DNA from: Sphaerodactylus townsendi
Taxonomy: Eukaryota
Length of the DNA: 64,000 nucleotides
Reading direction: 5' to 3'
NCBI RefSeq assembly: GCF_021028975.2
Contig: NC_059429.1
Location: forward strand, 109,182,001-109,246,000
This document shows positions 50,734-64,000 of this stretch, one piece after another. Both the position numbers and the translations under genes were made by a program. The notes under the pieces are model-generated. The model saw nothing but the letters and a program-made list of their open reading frames with translations. It was not told where the DNA came from and did no database searches. Every line of letters starts with the position of its first letter. Within the stretch, counting starts at the first letter, position 1.

Positions 50734-51652
50734 GGGTGCTGTGTGGTTTCCGGGCTGTATGGCCGTGTTCTAGCAGCATTCTCTCCTGACGTTTCGCCTG
50801 CATCTGTGACTGGCATCTTCAGAGGATCTGATGTTGGGAAAGCAAGTGGAGTATATATCTGTTGGAGTGTCCAGGGTGGGTGGGGAAACCTTGTCTGTGA
50901 GTAACAAAGGCGGCAACCAGGTCAATAGTTGAAGGCATCTGAATAGAAGTATGAGTAACAATGAAGACTATAGCCTGGGAGTAACCCTGTAGATAGCAAG
51001 GTCACTGGTGGGAGCATCTGAATAGAAGTATCCTGGCCTTTGTTTCTTTTGTCTATGGTCATCCTGTGTTTGTGTGGAGCTGGTTTGACACAGTCTTGAC
51101 CCTAGTATTTTTCAACACTGGCAGCCAAGTTCTGTTCATTTTCATAGTTTCTTCCTTCCTGTTGAAATTGTCCATGTGCTTATGGATTTCAATTGCTTCT
51201 CTGTGTAGTCTGACGTAGTGGCTTTCAGAGTGGTCCAGGTTGGTTTATCATGTGTTCTGCTATTGCTGATTTTTCTGGCTGAAATAGTCTGCAGTGCCTT
51301 TCGTGTTCTTTGATACGTGTCTGTGCGCTGCGTTTGGTGGTTCCTATGTAGACTTGTCCACAGCTGCATGGTATGCGATAGACTCCTGCAGTAGCTAAAG
51401 GATCCCTCTTATCCTTTGCTGAACGTAGCATCTCTTGAATTTTCTTAGTGGGTCTGTAGATTGTTTGTAGGTTGTGCTTCTTCATCAGTTTTCCTATGCG
51501 ATCAGTGGTTCCCTTGATGTATGGTAAGAACACCTTCCCTCTAGATGGCTCTTTATCTTTGTTCATGTGGCTTGTTCTTGGTCTTGCAGCCCTTCTGATT
51601 TCTGTATTAGAGTAACCATTAGCCTGTAGAACCCTGTTTAGGTTCTAAAGCA
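50734..51652 (-). mobile_element. 5'-truncated Penelope-like element with GIY-YIG endonuclease remnant
   Basis: ORF 51225-51566: LPYIKG..GVYRIPCSCGQVYIGTTKR..RIKEH; 13-bp TSD actaagcaagttt. Confidence 0.94.
50784..50826 (-). ncRNA. Minimal hammerhead ribozyme motif (PLE-associated)
   Basis: Minus strand tcct-CTGAAGA-tgccagtcacagatgcaggc-GAAAC-GTC-agga; core intact. Confidence 0.75.
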
Positions 51653-53917
51653 ACTAAGCAAGTTTATTTTTTTCATTTTTATTATTTCTAAACATGTAGC
51701 AATCTCAATCAACAGACTATCTCATGGCCAATTCATATATAATGCAGAGGCAAACATGAGTTCGCCATTGAAAATACATGGAACAATGGACACAGCAATT
51801 ACCTAAATAAGAACTATGTCTAGTATTCAGATGTACAGACATGGGAATTCAAATCACATTTTATGTGTTTAGGCTTACACTTCAAAATTACGATCTGTGC
51901 TACCACCATCTGCCTGAAGAAACAATATTCTGCAAGAAAAATGAAGAATTGGGGAAAGAATTTGCTGCTACTTCATGCAACAATAAGACAAAGCAGAAAA
52001 CGTCAACCTTTTATATCCAAAGGCCAATGCCTTCATCATAAAATAAATAAAAGATCAGTAGATCAGTTGACCTCAGTAACATCTGATCAGGGCTGACTAT
52101 TCTGTCACATTTTGACTTGCCCTTTCTCTAAAATAGCTCAGGTTGGCACACTTATTTTATCCCACCTCAATGTAGTGAAATGAATTGGAATGAGAGAAAG
52201 TAATCAACGGCTTCACCAGGACGCAGCTTGAAGCCAGCCAGCCACAGCATTCATCTGAGAGGCAATGAACACTGCCACCATCGGCTGGGATCAAACTCAG
52301 CCACTGTGGCACTGAGATTCTGACATGGCTCCCAACTGCACACACCTGGAGCACAACGGGAGTAAGACACCTTTGTATCCTCCTACACCACTGGCAGACA
52401 GTAGAAAGCCAAAACCAGCACCACAGATCAAGGCTTGGCTTGGACCCAGCCACTGGCACCACTAAAAGGCAACAGGCATATTTACCTTACCTGTCACCTC
52501 TCATGCTGCCAGGGCCTGGCTTAGTAAGCCAAACTGGATGAGGAACACTCAACTGCGCACTTGATAGCTGACAAGCTGAGCCTCTCCCTCTCTGATGCCA
52601 CAGGGAAAAGGGATGAAGGAGCAAGGAATGCAGCAGCTCCGCCTTTTCCTGCCAGTGGAAGGAGGCAGACCAAGAGCTGCCTCCTTCCCAGTTTGCCCTA
52701 TTCCTCATCTTCCCACCTACCAGTAGCCTTACAACCCACTTGTAGCAGGATGGTGATCCAACCTTGATTCCTGATTTATAGTTTGAGAGCCACTGGCTTA
52801 CCTCGATCCCCATGAGGCTTCCTATTAATACCATGTGCCCGCTTTGCTCACAGTATCATACTAGGACTATTAGCCCCCCCCAAAAAAACCGCCATACCTA
52901 CAGTCTTAAAAGCAACCACATTATAAAATACTTTTGAAAATTTTAATGCTTGAAGCCCCTGAAGCCCTTTCCCCATTGGAAATGTAATACTGATGCTCAA
53001 GCTAATGCCATCCAAATACAGAAATAACTAGCAAACAGTGAATTATGAGAACAAGATTGCTGCCCTGCACATTCAGGAAGTTCCAAATTGCTTCCAAGGG
53101 AGGGGGGGGGATGAGTGAGGTGATAGAATCTTATTACCAAATGCTGCTCTCAAAAGAATAATTTTGTATAACTTTACGGCCCTTTGGAAACAGCAAGGAA
53201 GCATATGAGGAAGGGCCATCACTCCCATTTGGTAAAATGTCTAGTTTTATAGCAGAGCCAAGTGAAACAAATCTGTGTCATCTAGAGCCTCAGAACTGCT
53301 TGTTCACCAGGAAGGGGGGGAGGGACTGTAATAAACTTTCCTAGTAATTAGATACAAATGACACTTGGAGGCAATTTGAAGATTATACCCTTGCAAACAA
53401 ATGCCATTTGTATACTTCAACTAAAGTAAATGCATTTGCTTTGCCCTTGTTTATCCTAATCAGTGCCTCGGGAGGAAACTCAGAGGAGGTCTATAAATGC
53501 AATAAATAAATAACCTTTTCCTGTTATTCACTTTATTATTATATGAATAAAATTCATGTGCATGGTTCTGTTCAGAAGTAGTAGCACCTTCCAACCCACT
53601 GAACAGGATCTATAGACACAGTTCAGTTTAGTTCCACACACATATTTCTTTCTTTGCCAAATGTGAGGGATTAACGGACTCCTTAAAGATCCTCTCTCTT
53701 TTTTTGATGATCACACTGACACTGTTTGCTGTGAGACAGTTGCTAACTTTCTCCTTGAAATTGTAGATAGTCATTAATTTTATACTATTTGCACTTTGAG
53801 TTAATGTCTCACTACGAGACTGTTGCTAATAATTTGTTTGTAATTGTAGCTTTTTGTCCATTTTTTTTGGTACCTTCAATTGTATTTGGGCCAATGGGCT
53901 CCTTTTCTCTTAATGTA

Positions 53918-53984
<67 letters not shown>

Positions 53985-53985
53985 T
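53918..53985. repeat. (TTTC)n microsatellite
   Basis: About 16 perfect units. Confidence 0.96.
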
Positions 53986-56900
53986 TTTATTTTGTATGAT
54001 GCCAATAAAGGCTTTCGTTTCGTCATTTCACACGTATTTCTTTCAGTATTAAAAAACAATCCTTCATTTGTTTAAGCTTATTTCCATACAAACTCATGCA
54101 TATCACTGAAATGAATAGGGCAACACCTATCTCTATAGATCTCTGACAGCAGATTACAGCCAGTGGATCCAATGACTAACCAGTTCAGGTGGCATATTTG
54201 CACTGGTACCCTAATAACTGTCTGTGATACAAAAAATGAGAATGTCTAACTATATCTTCTTAGGCCCAATTACACCAACGAGCTGAAATATGTTCTAAGA
54301 CCGTATGCAAAGTGTTTGTAACGTGCACAGTGAACAGCACTATATATACTCAAGAGAAGGTATCACAGCTCGCTATACATTTTCTTCCACTAGAGGTCAC
54401 CACATCAGCCAATACATCTGTTTTAAGATCACAAATCCATGTCAAGCAATCATTAGGAGGGGCAGACCTCACTAGCACAGGCAGTGGGAGGGTGAACAGC
54501 TAGCAAAATCCATTTGCAGTGCTGGTACAGAGCTTTAGCACAAAGCATTCATTCTGATGAGAAAGCTTTGTACTATCACTACGAGCTTTCTCATCCAATC
54601 TGTACCAAAACACAGATGCGACATTCATTAAAGGAGTATGGAATTTGGTAAATGGCAAGAAATATCACGGAAATGGATTATGTATGCCTTTTAGACCCCA
54701 TTGTAATTTGTGAGCATGGCATTTCTCAATACAATAGTCTTGTAAGGATAGTGACTCTGATGCATCTTAAACGAGGACTGTCAATTGAACTGACAAATGT
54801 AAATTGCCAGCACGCTCCATTCATCTTTAGCAAACACAATGCAATTCATGGATGAATTCGCATGGGCTGTTAATCTTTGATTTACCAGTGGAGCTGCCAC
54901 AGGATATACCCTGACTACCACTGGCCAACTGATTTGCACATCTGCAGAGGAAAATTTATGCCAATATTAAAATCTATTGAGCTTATGCTAGAAGATAAGG
55001 TTTTGTTTTGGCAATCTCATCTACATCTGAACTCTTGCAAAGCTTATTTATTTATTTACAATGTTTATATACCTAGTTTTCTTCCAGGTATCCCAGGACC
55101 CAATGCAAGAAACAATGGGAAAACAATATAAACAATCCAATAATAATTAAACGTTAACACAAACACTTTAAAGAAGCGATCTAAAACAAATTATGTCCAA
55201 ACCAGCTGGGTATCCCCCACTGTCCAGACTCAGATTGCCCCAAAGGCATTCCAGAATAAGCTATGTTTTATAGCCTCGCTGGGTTGCAGCTCCTATTACA
55301 ATAAGGGGAGGCTCTTGCAGAGGCATAAGGCAGCCACTGAAAAGTCCCAAACTGTGGCAGAAAATTGGTGGTGGGTGGTGGGGTGGTAACAGACTTTGCT
55401 GGAAAAATCAGAACTGCAGCATAGAAACATGCTTCTTCAAACACCCAGCCACAGCCAAGCTGCATTTAAACCAAAATGTAGAAACCACCTCAGAAGGCAG
55501 AGTAGTAATTAGTGAGATTAACTAGCCCTAGTAGCAGCAAGACGACTCTAAAAAAAATAGAATCGGCAAATCTGTAAATGGTAAATATCCCAGTTTTGAT
55601 GCCTATTAAAAAGCCAGATGGCTCAGCATTAGCACACCACGGCCACAGCACTATGCTAGAACATCTGAGTCATTAGTGACTCAAAAGGAAAGAAGCCACT
55701 CCATGTGTATGCCACATTTCCTGAGGTGATTCGCTTTTCTCAAGGTTTCTTCAGCCAAATATTAAGCAGCCCTCCACCTTGAATTCTGCAGACCTGCTGA
55801 CAGCAACAAACCTGCAGACCTGCTTTGTAAAAATACAGTAGCCATGAAGAAGAAATGACCATCAGTGTCAATACTGAAAGAGAATGTGGTTTAAACTTGC
55901 AAATTAGAATATGGTTCAGGAAACGCAATGTCACACCAAAGACATAACACAGGTCACTTATTCGCATAACCAGAATAGTGCGGTGAATCTGACGAAGATG
56001 AAACTGACTTTAAACCACAGTACCTCAACTACAATTGGCAATGCCTGCTCTTACTGCAATCAAAAATAGCCAAGCACCCCAACAAGCAGGTAATGCTGAA
56101 GCAAGATGGAAAGGGAGGCCAAAAGTAAGTGTTTAATAAACGGTTCAAATCAGCACTGATATTTCTGGCTGAACTCAAAAGGATCTCTCCAAAAGCCAGT
56201 CAACAAACCCAACAAGGATATTGAGGTTACTCTCCAACAATCCTTTTGTTCTTTTGCTAACCAATAGAAATGTCCAAACCAGAGTTCAGAAAAGAATCAT
56301 ACAAATGCATTTCTGTGATACTAAATATAAAAAATGCTTCCTGGTGATGTTTTTTCACCCCACCATCTTGGATTGAAAAATTAGGTTATATTTATAGAAG
56401 GGAATACCTGATGACATAAACTCAAGAAAGCTTACGTCATGTGCCTGTTGTAGGCGCCACAAAATGTGGTTTCATAATTTTAAGATAGTGGCTGCAGTTC
56501 TTAGGATCCAAGAACACAGTTTTAGAAACTGGAGCTTTTGCTGGGTTAAAAAAAATATTTCAAACTTCTAAGCGCCATGCTTCAAAGAAATCCTAGGCAT
56601 GTTTAGTCAGAAATAAGTCCTGATCAGCTCAATGAGGCTGCCTAGTCAGAGAGTTTAAGATTACAGCCTAAGGCATTTAGCCCACAAAGCATGCATCTTC
56701 AGAGTATAGTAATCCCAACCTGAAGAATATTGTCTAGACACAAGGCTGCTCTATTCAATAAGATGGTTTGCTGATAACAGGAACAAAGTGCAAGACCTAT
56801 TTACCTAGGCCAAGGTGTGTTTGCAATGTCATGGAGAAAGGCTGTCAGATGTAAGAACCAAATGGTTTTCCATGCACAGCGGCCTAAGTGCAACTATGCA

Positions 56901-58413
56901 ACTTGAGTCATGATCAACACTGTTGTATCAGGCCTAAATCTAGCCTAGTCAATACTTTGAATTCTTCCGAAGTGACATAAACACTCTTTGCTGAAGAAAT
57001 CTGAGGGCTTTGGATAAACACCCTTTTCTCACTGAAGAATTCTAGGATAGTAATGTAGAATTTGATACAGTTGAGTTACTGACAGAGACCTGCTTTACTG
57101 CCAATCATTTCAAATCCAGAAAAGACATGTGTAAGTTTCACCTTTCCTGTAATGTCTAAGTCTGCACCTCTTCACCCAAGCCAACAGCTGCTCTGAGAAG
57201 AGGGGGACTTAAATCAGGAAAATGACCAGAAAAGAATAGAGTCTTACATCATCCCACTCCTGACCAGTGCTATACCTCCAAGTTGTAGATCTAAGTAGTT
57301 GCCTCAAAATACCTTAAAAGGGTGTGAGAAATCCTGTTCACACATCCCCCCTGTAACATTGTTTAGTTCTTGGAACATGCAGAATAGTTCTGAGGTTCTG
57401 TACTTCCCAATATGAATAGATAAAACCAACATGCCATATCCTGGGTAGTTATGCTTATAGAAATGGACCTGCAGTCTCTGATCCCCCAAGCCAGATGCAG
57501 CCATCTAACCACATATATCATCTTATCAGGGACTTTATAAGCCCATTTATTTACCCTGTTTCAATCCATCACAATCCTAGCCCATAAATGTTTTGTATAT
57601 TGCATGACTTGGCTGCGGTCAGCTGGTTTATTTTGTCCTGTAACTTCCTTTGCCCAATCAACAAAAAGCACAATAACCCCAATATAAAATAAACTCATAT
57701 GATGGTTTCCGCATCCAATACTACTAATCTGTGCATGTAACATAAAACATTAACATCACACAACCATCTCAAGTTGACCAAAAATTAATTTTCCAACAAG
57801 TAAAAGCAGTCACCTCTCAAACATGATGGCCTGAATACATCCAAAAATCATAGTGTTTTTTTTCTGCAAGAGCCATCACTGTGGAAACAACAGGAACAGT
57901 TTCCCAATGGCAGCCAGTATCAGCTTCTGCAATTGCATATTTACGAAACTGTTCACATGGTACAAAATTGGCCCAGAGAACTCCCATAAAGGAAGAGCAT
58001 GTGGTATACTGGACACAGTGTTAGCTCTGGCTTAAATCGCTTACGTGGCCTTTGGCAGGATATTCTGCCCCTCTAAGCTTCTGTTCTTCACCTGCAGATA
58101 GTGACCTACTTCTCAGAGCTTTCCCAAGGTTAACTGAGGTAAAGAAATAAGTTACTCTACAATATGTTAATTCTAAGTGTTCATTAAATGTATGGCAAGA
58201 ACTTACGCTCTTTCATTCACTCTGGAGATCAAGCCTAAGATCTAGGAATACTACATTCCTAGTGTACACCCAGCCTATAATCAGAAAAAAATGAATTCTA
58301 ATAACCAGTGCTTTGCAACTGATAAACTCTCACAGGACTTGGGTTCTAACCCCAAACGGTTTAGAATCTATGAGGATGCAGTTTCCTATTTGCAAAATCC
58401 ACAAATGATCTGC

Positions 58414-58563
58414 NNNNNNNNNNNNNNNNNNNNNNNNNNNNNNNNNNNNNNNNNNNNNNNNNNNNNNNNNNNNNNNNNNNNNNNNNNNNNNNNNNNNNNN
58501 NNNNNNNNNNNNNNNNNNNNNNNNNNNNNNNNNNNNNNNNNNNNNNNNNNNNNNNNNNNNNNN
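58414..58563. other. Assembly gap (150 N)
   Basis: Run of n. Confidence 1.
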
Positions 58564-59485
58564 CCTCCCCCGAAGGTTCTATCCATTCATCTTTCTATTA
58601 TCACGGCTGAATTACAGTTGATACAGACCATTTCAACATATTTAACATAGCCATCCTGAAATGAAACCAATTCTTTTCTACATCCATTTCCTTTTGCATC
58701 TCACTGGTGGTGTGCTCTTGCTTCATTTGGTTGCTCTTTTGTTCTCCTCTGCGCTCTTAAAAATCAAATTCAGCCAGCATAGCATGTTCCAACTTATGAG
58801 GAAACATTTGGCTCCTCTAGATCCATGGAGAATCAGCCATCAAACTTTCTTAGGACACAGTGATCCTAAGTTTTGGACTTACAAAACACAAGTGCCCACA
58901 CAGAAAGAACAGAGAGTAAAGTAAATCTAAACAGTCTGGAAGAATAAACAAGTATGTTTGCCTGCAACATCTGCAGGTAGAAAGTTTTTTTTTTGAGGGA
59001 TGAGGAGAATGCAGGTGTGAACAAGTGGGGAGACATAAAAGGATTCCGATTCAAAAGTCGCCTTTTCCTCTTTAGAGTTTTTGAAAACATCCCAATCCCA
59101 GACCAGTCATTTCTCAGAAATGTTAACCATCCAAGTGAAAGTGACGCAAGACGCTAGCACATGCTCTTTCCATCTGGGTTCAGCATCCCACTCCAAATGT
59201 TTCCAGTTCCCAAAATCCTTTGCAGCCAGCTGTGTGTAACAAGAGCCCAGTAACATCCTGCCTGCATAGGCTGTAAACACAAGATTGTCAGAAGGTTTGA
59301 ATACAACAGTCCACCAATCTGTGACATACACAAACGTGCTAAGCACTAAGAAAAAAAATATTAGTCTTGAGACCAAGGTGGGACAATGTGAGGAATGTTC
59401 TGCTGTCTATTTTCCAAGGGATGTTCTGAAAATCAGTTCAGGCCCACAACTTTAGATGATTGAGTTTTTTGTTTGTTCATTTGAG

Positions 59486-59722
59486 TTGCTGTCAAGTCAC
59501 AGATGACTTATGGTGACCCCACAGATTTTTCAAGGCAAGAAATGGTCAGAGGTGGTGTGACATTGCCTGCCCCCACACCACCACCCTGGTATTCCTTTGG
59601 GGTCTCCCATCCAAATACTAGCCAAGATCAGGGCTGAGAGTGTGTAACTGGCCAAAGGTCACCCAGCAAACTTCCAGGGATTTGAGCCCAGGTTTCCCAG
59701 GCCCTAGTTGACACCTTAACCC
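59486..59722 (-). mobile_element. Chimeric tRNA/5S/Bov-B-tail SINE
   Basis: Minus strand ggctagtatttggatgggagaccccaaaggaataccaggg (5S-like) between a Squam3-like 5' half and a Sauria-like tail. Confidence 0.78.
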
Positions 59723-60879
59723 AGCTAACTCTTCTGACTATTCTATACCAATTTTTTTTAAATTACTGAATTTATATCCTGCCTTTCTGCACTTATCAGG
59801 GTCACCAAGGGAGTGAGGACCCTTAACATGTAATGAGTTGTTCAGTCTTGTGGATCATCACAACTATTTGTCAGAGAAGTTGCTGTTATTCCTACTGTAA
59901 AGAAACCTGACTAGTACAGGCAAAACACACATTATGTATATATGAATATGCACATTTGGATACTCACAGTCCAAATACATGTCTGAAAAGTATCTTATCA
60001 ACAATTTTCAGGTATATCCAAGTATCCAAAAGATACCCAGGATTCTCAAGAATACTAGATATCAATTTAAAAAAAAATCTGGAAATATTTGGGAAAACCC
60101 CAACATATTCAAAAATATCCAAAAATGTTAATGGTTAGCATTTGAAGTCTCCCAGCTTGTTTTTCTTCAATTTTACAGGTTTTCAGGGCAATAGAAATAA
60201 GGGGAAAGTTGAAGGTCTCCCAGGCAATAGGATCAGATGTTATGTGAGAACTCTTGTACAGAAAATAAATACAGTACCAAAAATGTGGCTCTAGTCATTT
60301 TCATAAAGAAATCCCCCCCTCAAATATTAGTGGAACAAGAAATGTTAGGAAACTAGAAGAGCTCCTCAGTTTAAAACGGGCATAAAGCAAATCACATGAA
60401 AACACCCGAAATAAAGCTCATGCACATGGTACTGCTTCTGGGTTCCTTTGGTTAAGCGGGTCTTACTGGGATTCTATGGCTTGATGTTGGTTCTGTTGAG
60501 TTTGTGGGTTTTGTTCACACGGGAGGCTTTTGGCCAGTGATTTTGCTTGCACGTGTGTTTGGTTATTGACTTATTGGCTTATGGAATTATTTTTCCCCTT
60601 GGGAGAAAATGAGGATAAGCAGGATGTCTGGGGTCACTTTGTTCAGAGGCCCAAGGAACTGGGCAGCTTTGTCAAATCTGCCTAGGTGAATAATTCCAGA
60701 ATCCCCGCATCAAAAGAGCCAAAATCACAAAGAGGTATTAGGGGACCCGAATACCCCCCCCCCCCCCAATATATTCAGGCCCTTCCTGAAATAAAAAAAA
60801 CAATTTTTTCTGATGCACAGTTCTAAATATATATGTACAGCATTGCATCCAACTTTCCTCTGACATCTGAAAACATAGA

Positions 60880-61681
60880 AGTAGCCACTGGAGGTTGTAG
60901 ATGACTGGGGAAGGTAATGGCAAACCACCCTGGAATCAGTCTGCTCAGTAAACATTGTGAACTGCAAAGACTGTCATGCCCTTATATAAAACAGTTCTGG
61001 TCACCACATCTCAAAAAGGTATTGAAGAGATAGAAAAAGTGCAGAGAAGGGCAACGAGGATGATTGAGGGATTGGAGCACCTTCCTTATAAAGAGAGGCT
61101 GCAGCGTTTAGGACTCTTTAGTTTGGAGAGGAGACGTCTGAAGGGGGATATGATTGAAGTCTATAAAATTATGCATGGGGTAGAAAATGTTGACAGATAA
61201 ATTTTTCTCTCTTTCTCACAATACTAGAACCAGGGGGCATACATTGAAAATACTGGGGGGAAGAATTAGGACTAATAAAAGGAAACATTTTTTCACGCAA
61301 CGTGTGATTGGTGTTTGGAATATGCTGCCATAGGAGGTGGTGATGGCCACTAACCTGGATAGCTTTAAAAAGGGCTTGGATAGATTTATGGAGAAGAAGT
61401 CGATGTATGGCTACCAATCTTGATCCTCCTTGATCTGAGATTGCAAATGCCTTAGCAGACCAGGTGCACAGGAGCAACAGCTGCAGAAGGCCATTGCTCT
61501 CACATCCTGCATGTGAGATCCCAAAGGCACCTGGTGGGCCACTGCGAGTAGCAGAGAGCTGGACTAGATGGACTCTGGTCTGATCACGCTGGCTTGTTCT
61601 TATGTTCTTATGTGATGTGACATCACTCATGGGTCAGTAATTACCTGGTGTTACACAGGAGACTGACCACCTTTACCTTTC
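60880..61681 (+). mobile_element. Sauria-type SINE 3' portion split by a CR1 insertion
   Basis: ggaaggtaatggcaaaccaccc...aaacattgtga | tgatgtgacatcac...acctttaccttt tail. Confidence 0.65.
60961..61611 (+). mobile_element. CR1 LINE 3' fragment
   Basis: IEKVQRRATRMIEGLEHLPYKERLQRLGLFSLERRRLKGDMIEVYKIM; ends in (ttcttatg)2 octamer tail. Confidence 0.95.
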
Positions 61682-63437
61682 ACTCAAGGCTGCACAGAAA
61701 TAGAAGGGGGATGGGTCACTGAAGGTGCTTCATTTTTTTCCTACTGGCTATTTTCCCATTCCAGGTCACCCTCTCCCCTTCCCCCCAGGTGAACACACAC
61801 ATATCTTTTCCCCAATAGGAAGAACAACAAATAAGTGGGGGTTCAGAGCAATGGTTCCCAAACCTTTTTGGGTTGTTGCCCCTTTGGCTTCCAAAATGGT
61901 CCACTACGAGTTCAAAATAACAGTGAGGAAAGTGCTGCTGCTTCTCCTTTTTTTTTAACAAAAAAATGAGGATGGGACTCCTCAAAGCAATGAGGATGGG
62001 ACTCTTTTCCCTGGCTCCCCCCGGGCCTCGCCCCTTCCCCAGGGTATGCAATGAGGAGAGGGCTGCTGTTTTTCCTTTAAAGAGCTCTTTCTTGGCAAAG
62101 CAGTGGCAATGGGGCTCTTTGCCTTGGCTCTCCCCACCCCCCAGGGCTACACAGCAAGGAGGGTGCTGCCTTTCCTATAAAACTCACCTGTCATCACATG
62201 GCAAGGATGGAAGGACAAAACCTTTTTCCTGCCAGCGGGCCCAGGAATATCTGCCCCCTGCCGCCCCAAAATTATCTGCCGCTCTACTACTGCCACAATA
62301 TTCCTCATCCCTTCAGTGCCCCACCAATGAAAAACAGCTGAAAAGAAAAGATTAAACCAACCCAATGTTCCACATGCCCTTTGTTCCTGACTACAGGGAT
62401 GATGTTCATTTTCACAAATGCCAGGGGTAAGTTACATGCAAGTACTTTGACCCACCTTGTACTTTGACCCACTGACAGTGCCACTTAACCAAGCAAATCA
62501 CCCAAACAATGTCATAATGATCTGAATCCTGCATTTTCTGTTCACGACTAAGAACAACTCAGTATAAAACTGAAAAAAGTTCCTAATTTTTGATGGCTCA
62601 TGCTGTACTTCTAAGGAAGCATAGTCGCATCAGTCAAGTTCTCAAATCATTCTGTCCACAATATAAAACAGTCCAATTAAGGATTAAAACAAAAACAAAA
62701 ACCAGCAGCATAAAACAGAAAACACATTGTGGCACAAACTTTTGCAGACAACTGTTGCAGCCAAATGGCAACTGTTTAAAAAAAACACAAGCATATTTTT
62801 AAGCAGCAAAACACTCAAGTTTTTTTTAAAGTAGCAAGTCAGCATTTACTTTAATTTACCAAACATAGTTGCCGTGCCATTACGCGACTGAAGCTAACAG
62901 AACCTTACAAAAGGGATTGCTTAAACAGCTGCCTGGCACAGGAACACAGGCGAGACGCTGTTCAGGTAATACACCGCTTGCAACAAACTGGCAAGTCACC
63001 AACACAATGGACAAGCAAACATGGACCATGAAACGAATGCTATTCTTTATTTCATATGTCAACCGCTCTCTATTCTCTACAGCTGATCGGCTATCCACGT
63101 CACCTCCCTGTAGCCAGTCAATGTACAAATGCAGAAAGATGGCATTCTGGGAAATCTTGGCTGTTGGGTTCAAAATGGATGTGAGGAAATATCTGGAAGA
63201 AGGTAGGCAGAGTTAAGGAGAGACACTCACACCCTATGAAAACTTGAAACCTGGAAGAATTAGCAAACACATTTACTTAAACATGTCTAGAGCGCATAAT
63301 AAAAGTTTATTTTGGAACAGAATGCAAATATTTTAATTAAGAAAAATAGACAGCGACACAGACTGATCTGAAACTGTGCAGATCTTCCTGGTACAAGTGG
63401 GCACATTCTCACTACACCTTCTCTGCTGACAGTCACC

Positions 63438-63645
63438 TTAGTGTAGTGCTTAAGAGTGTCAGACTAGCACCTGAGAGGTCCAGGTTTGAAGCCCTACTCT
63501 TGTCATGGAAGTTTGGTAGGGTGAACTTTGGCCAATAGCATACTCTCATTGTAACCTTCATTACAGGGATTCTGCGAGGAAAAAACGGAGAAGGGGAGAA
63601 AGCTGTGGGTCCACATTGCGGAGAAAACTGAAGTAGAAATAAATA
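63438..63645 (+). mobile_element. Old tRNA-derived SINE
   Basis: tagtgtagtgcttaagagtgtcagactag..ggtttgaagccc head; aaataaat-like tail. Confidence 0.65.
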
Positions 63646-64000
63646 TTGTATTTCCAAATTAATAGACTTCACGCAACTTCAGTCTGATCTTTCAGCATAA
63701 GGACAATCAATCAATACCCCCCTCCCCCTAGTTTAACAAAATATCACAGAATGCTTGGTGGCAGCACAAAGTCCATCTCAAAGTCAAAAGTGGAGTAAGG
63801 GCATAGGGGCAACTGCTGCCCAATCAGAAAAGAGGCATCGAAGGAACAGCTAGATCATGGACAGAATTCATCCAGTGAATTTCTGAATAGAAATTGATGA
63901 ATGAAAAATAAACCAGGAATCAAAATAAATGTAGCCCTGGGAGTGAATGGAGACAAAATAGCAGGAGGAATAGAAGGAGGAATAGAAATCCATAGCAGGA

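Noticed and set aside
58291-58650. ORFs spanning the N run
   Set aside because: Assembly-gap artefact
59584-59623. 5S rRNA gene
   Set aside because: Only about 40 nt of similarity, embedded in a SINE

Overview
Vertebrate genomic DNA. The repeat content points to a squamate, most likely a gecko. Two genes lie tail-to-tail. The last four coding exons of PLCG1 are on the + strand (597-3078). ZHX3 is on the - strand: a 2.9-kb main exon (18506-21426), a probable short terminal coding exon (14427-14440) and a probable 111-nt leader exon (40549-40659); exon 1 appears to lie beyond the window. The rest is intron or UTR, rich in mobile elements: an internally deleted DIRS element retaining ITRs and ICR, a gypsy-like LTR remnant, Penelope-like insertions carrying minimal hammerhead ribozyme motifs, L1/CR1/L2 fragments, Squam3-like and Sauria SINEs, a tRNA/5S/Bov-B-tail chimeric SINE in three copies, and hAT and Tc/mariner MITEs. 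The best leads are a spliced stop-free frame and uORF cluster in the ZHX3 leader, hammerhead motifs in the sense of ZHX3 pre-mRNA (including a fold-back pair), the chimeric SINE, a pre-miRNA-sized intronic hairpin, and a DIRS remnant possibly inside the ZHX3 3'UTR. All calls were read by eye; family names come from recalled consensus features, not from database searches.
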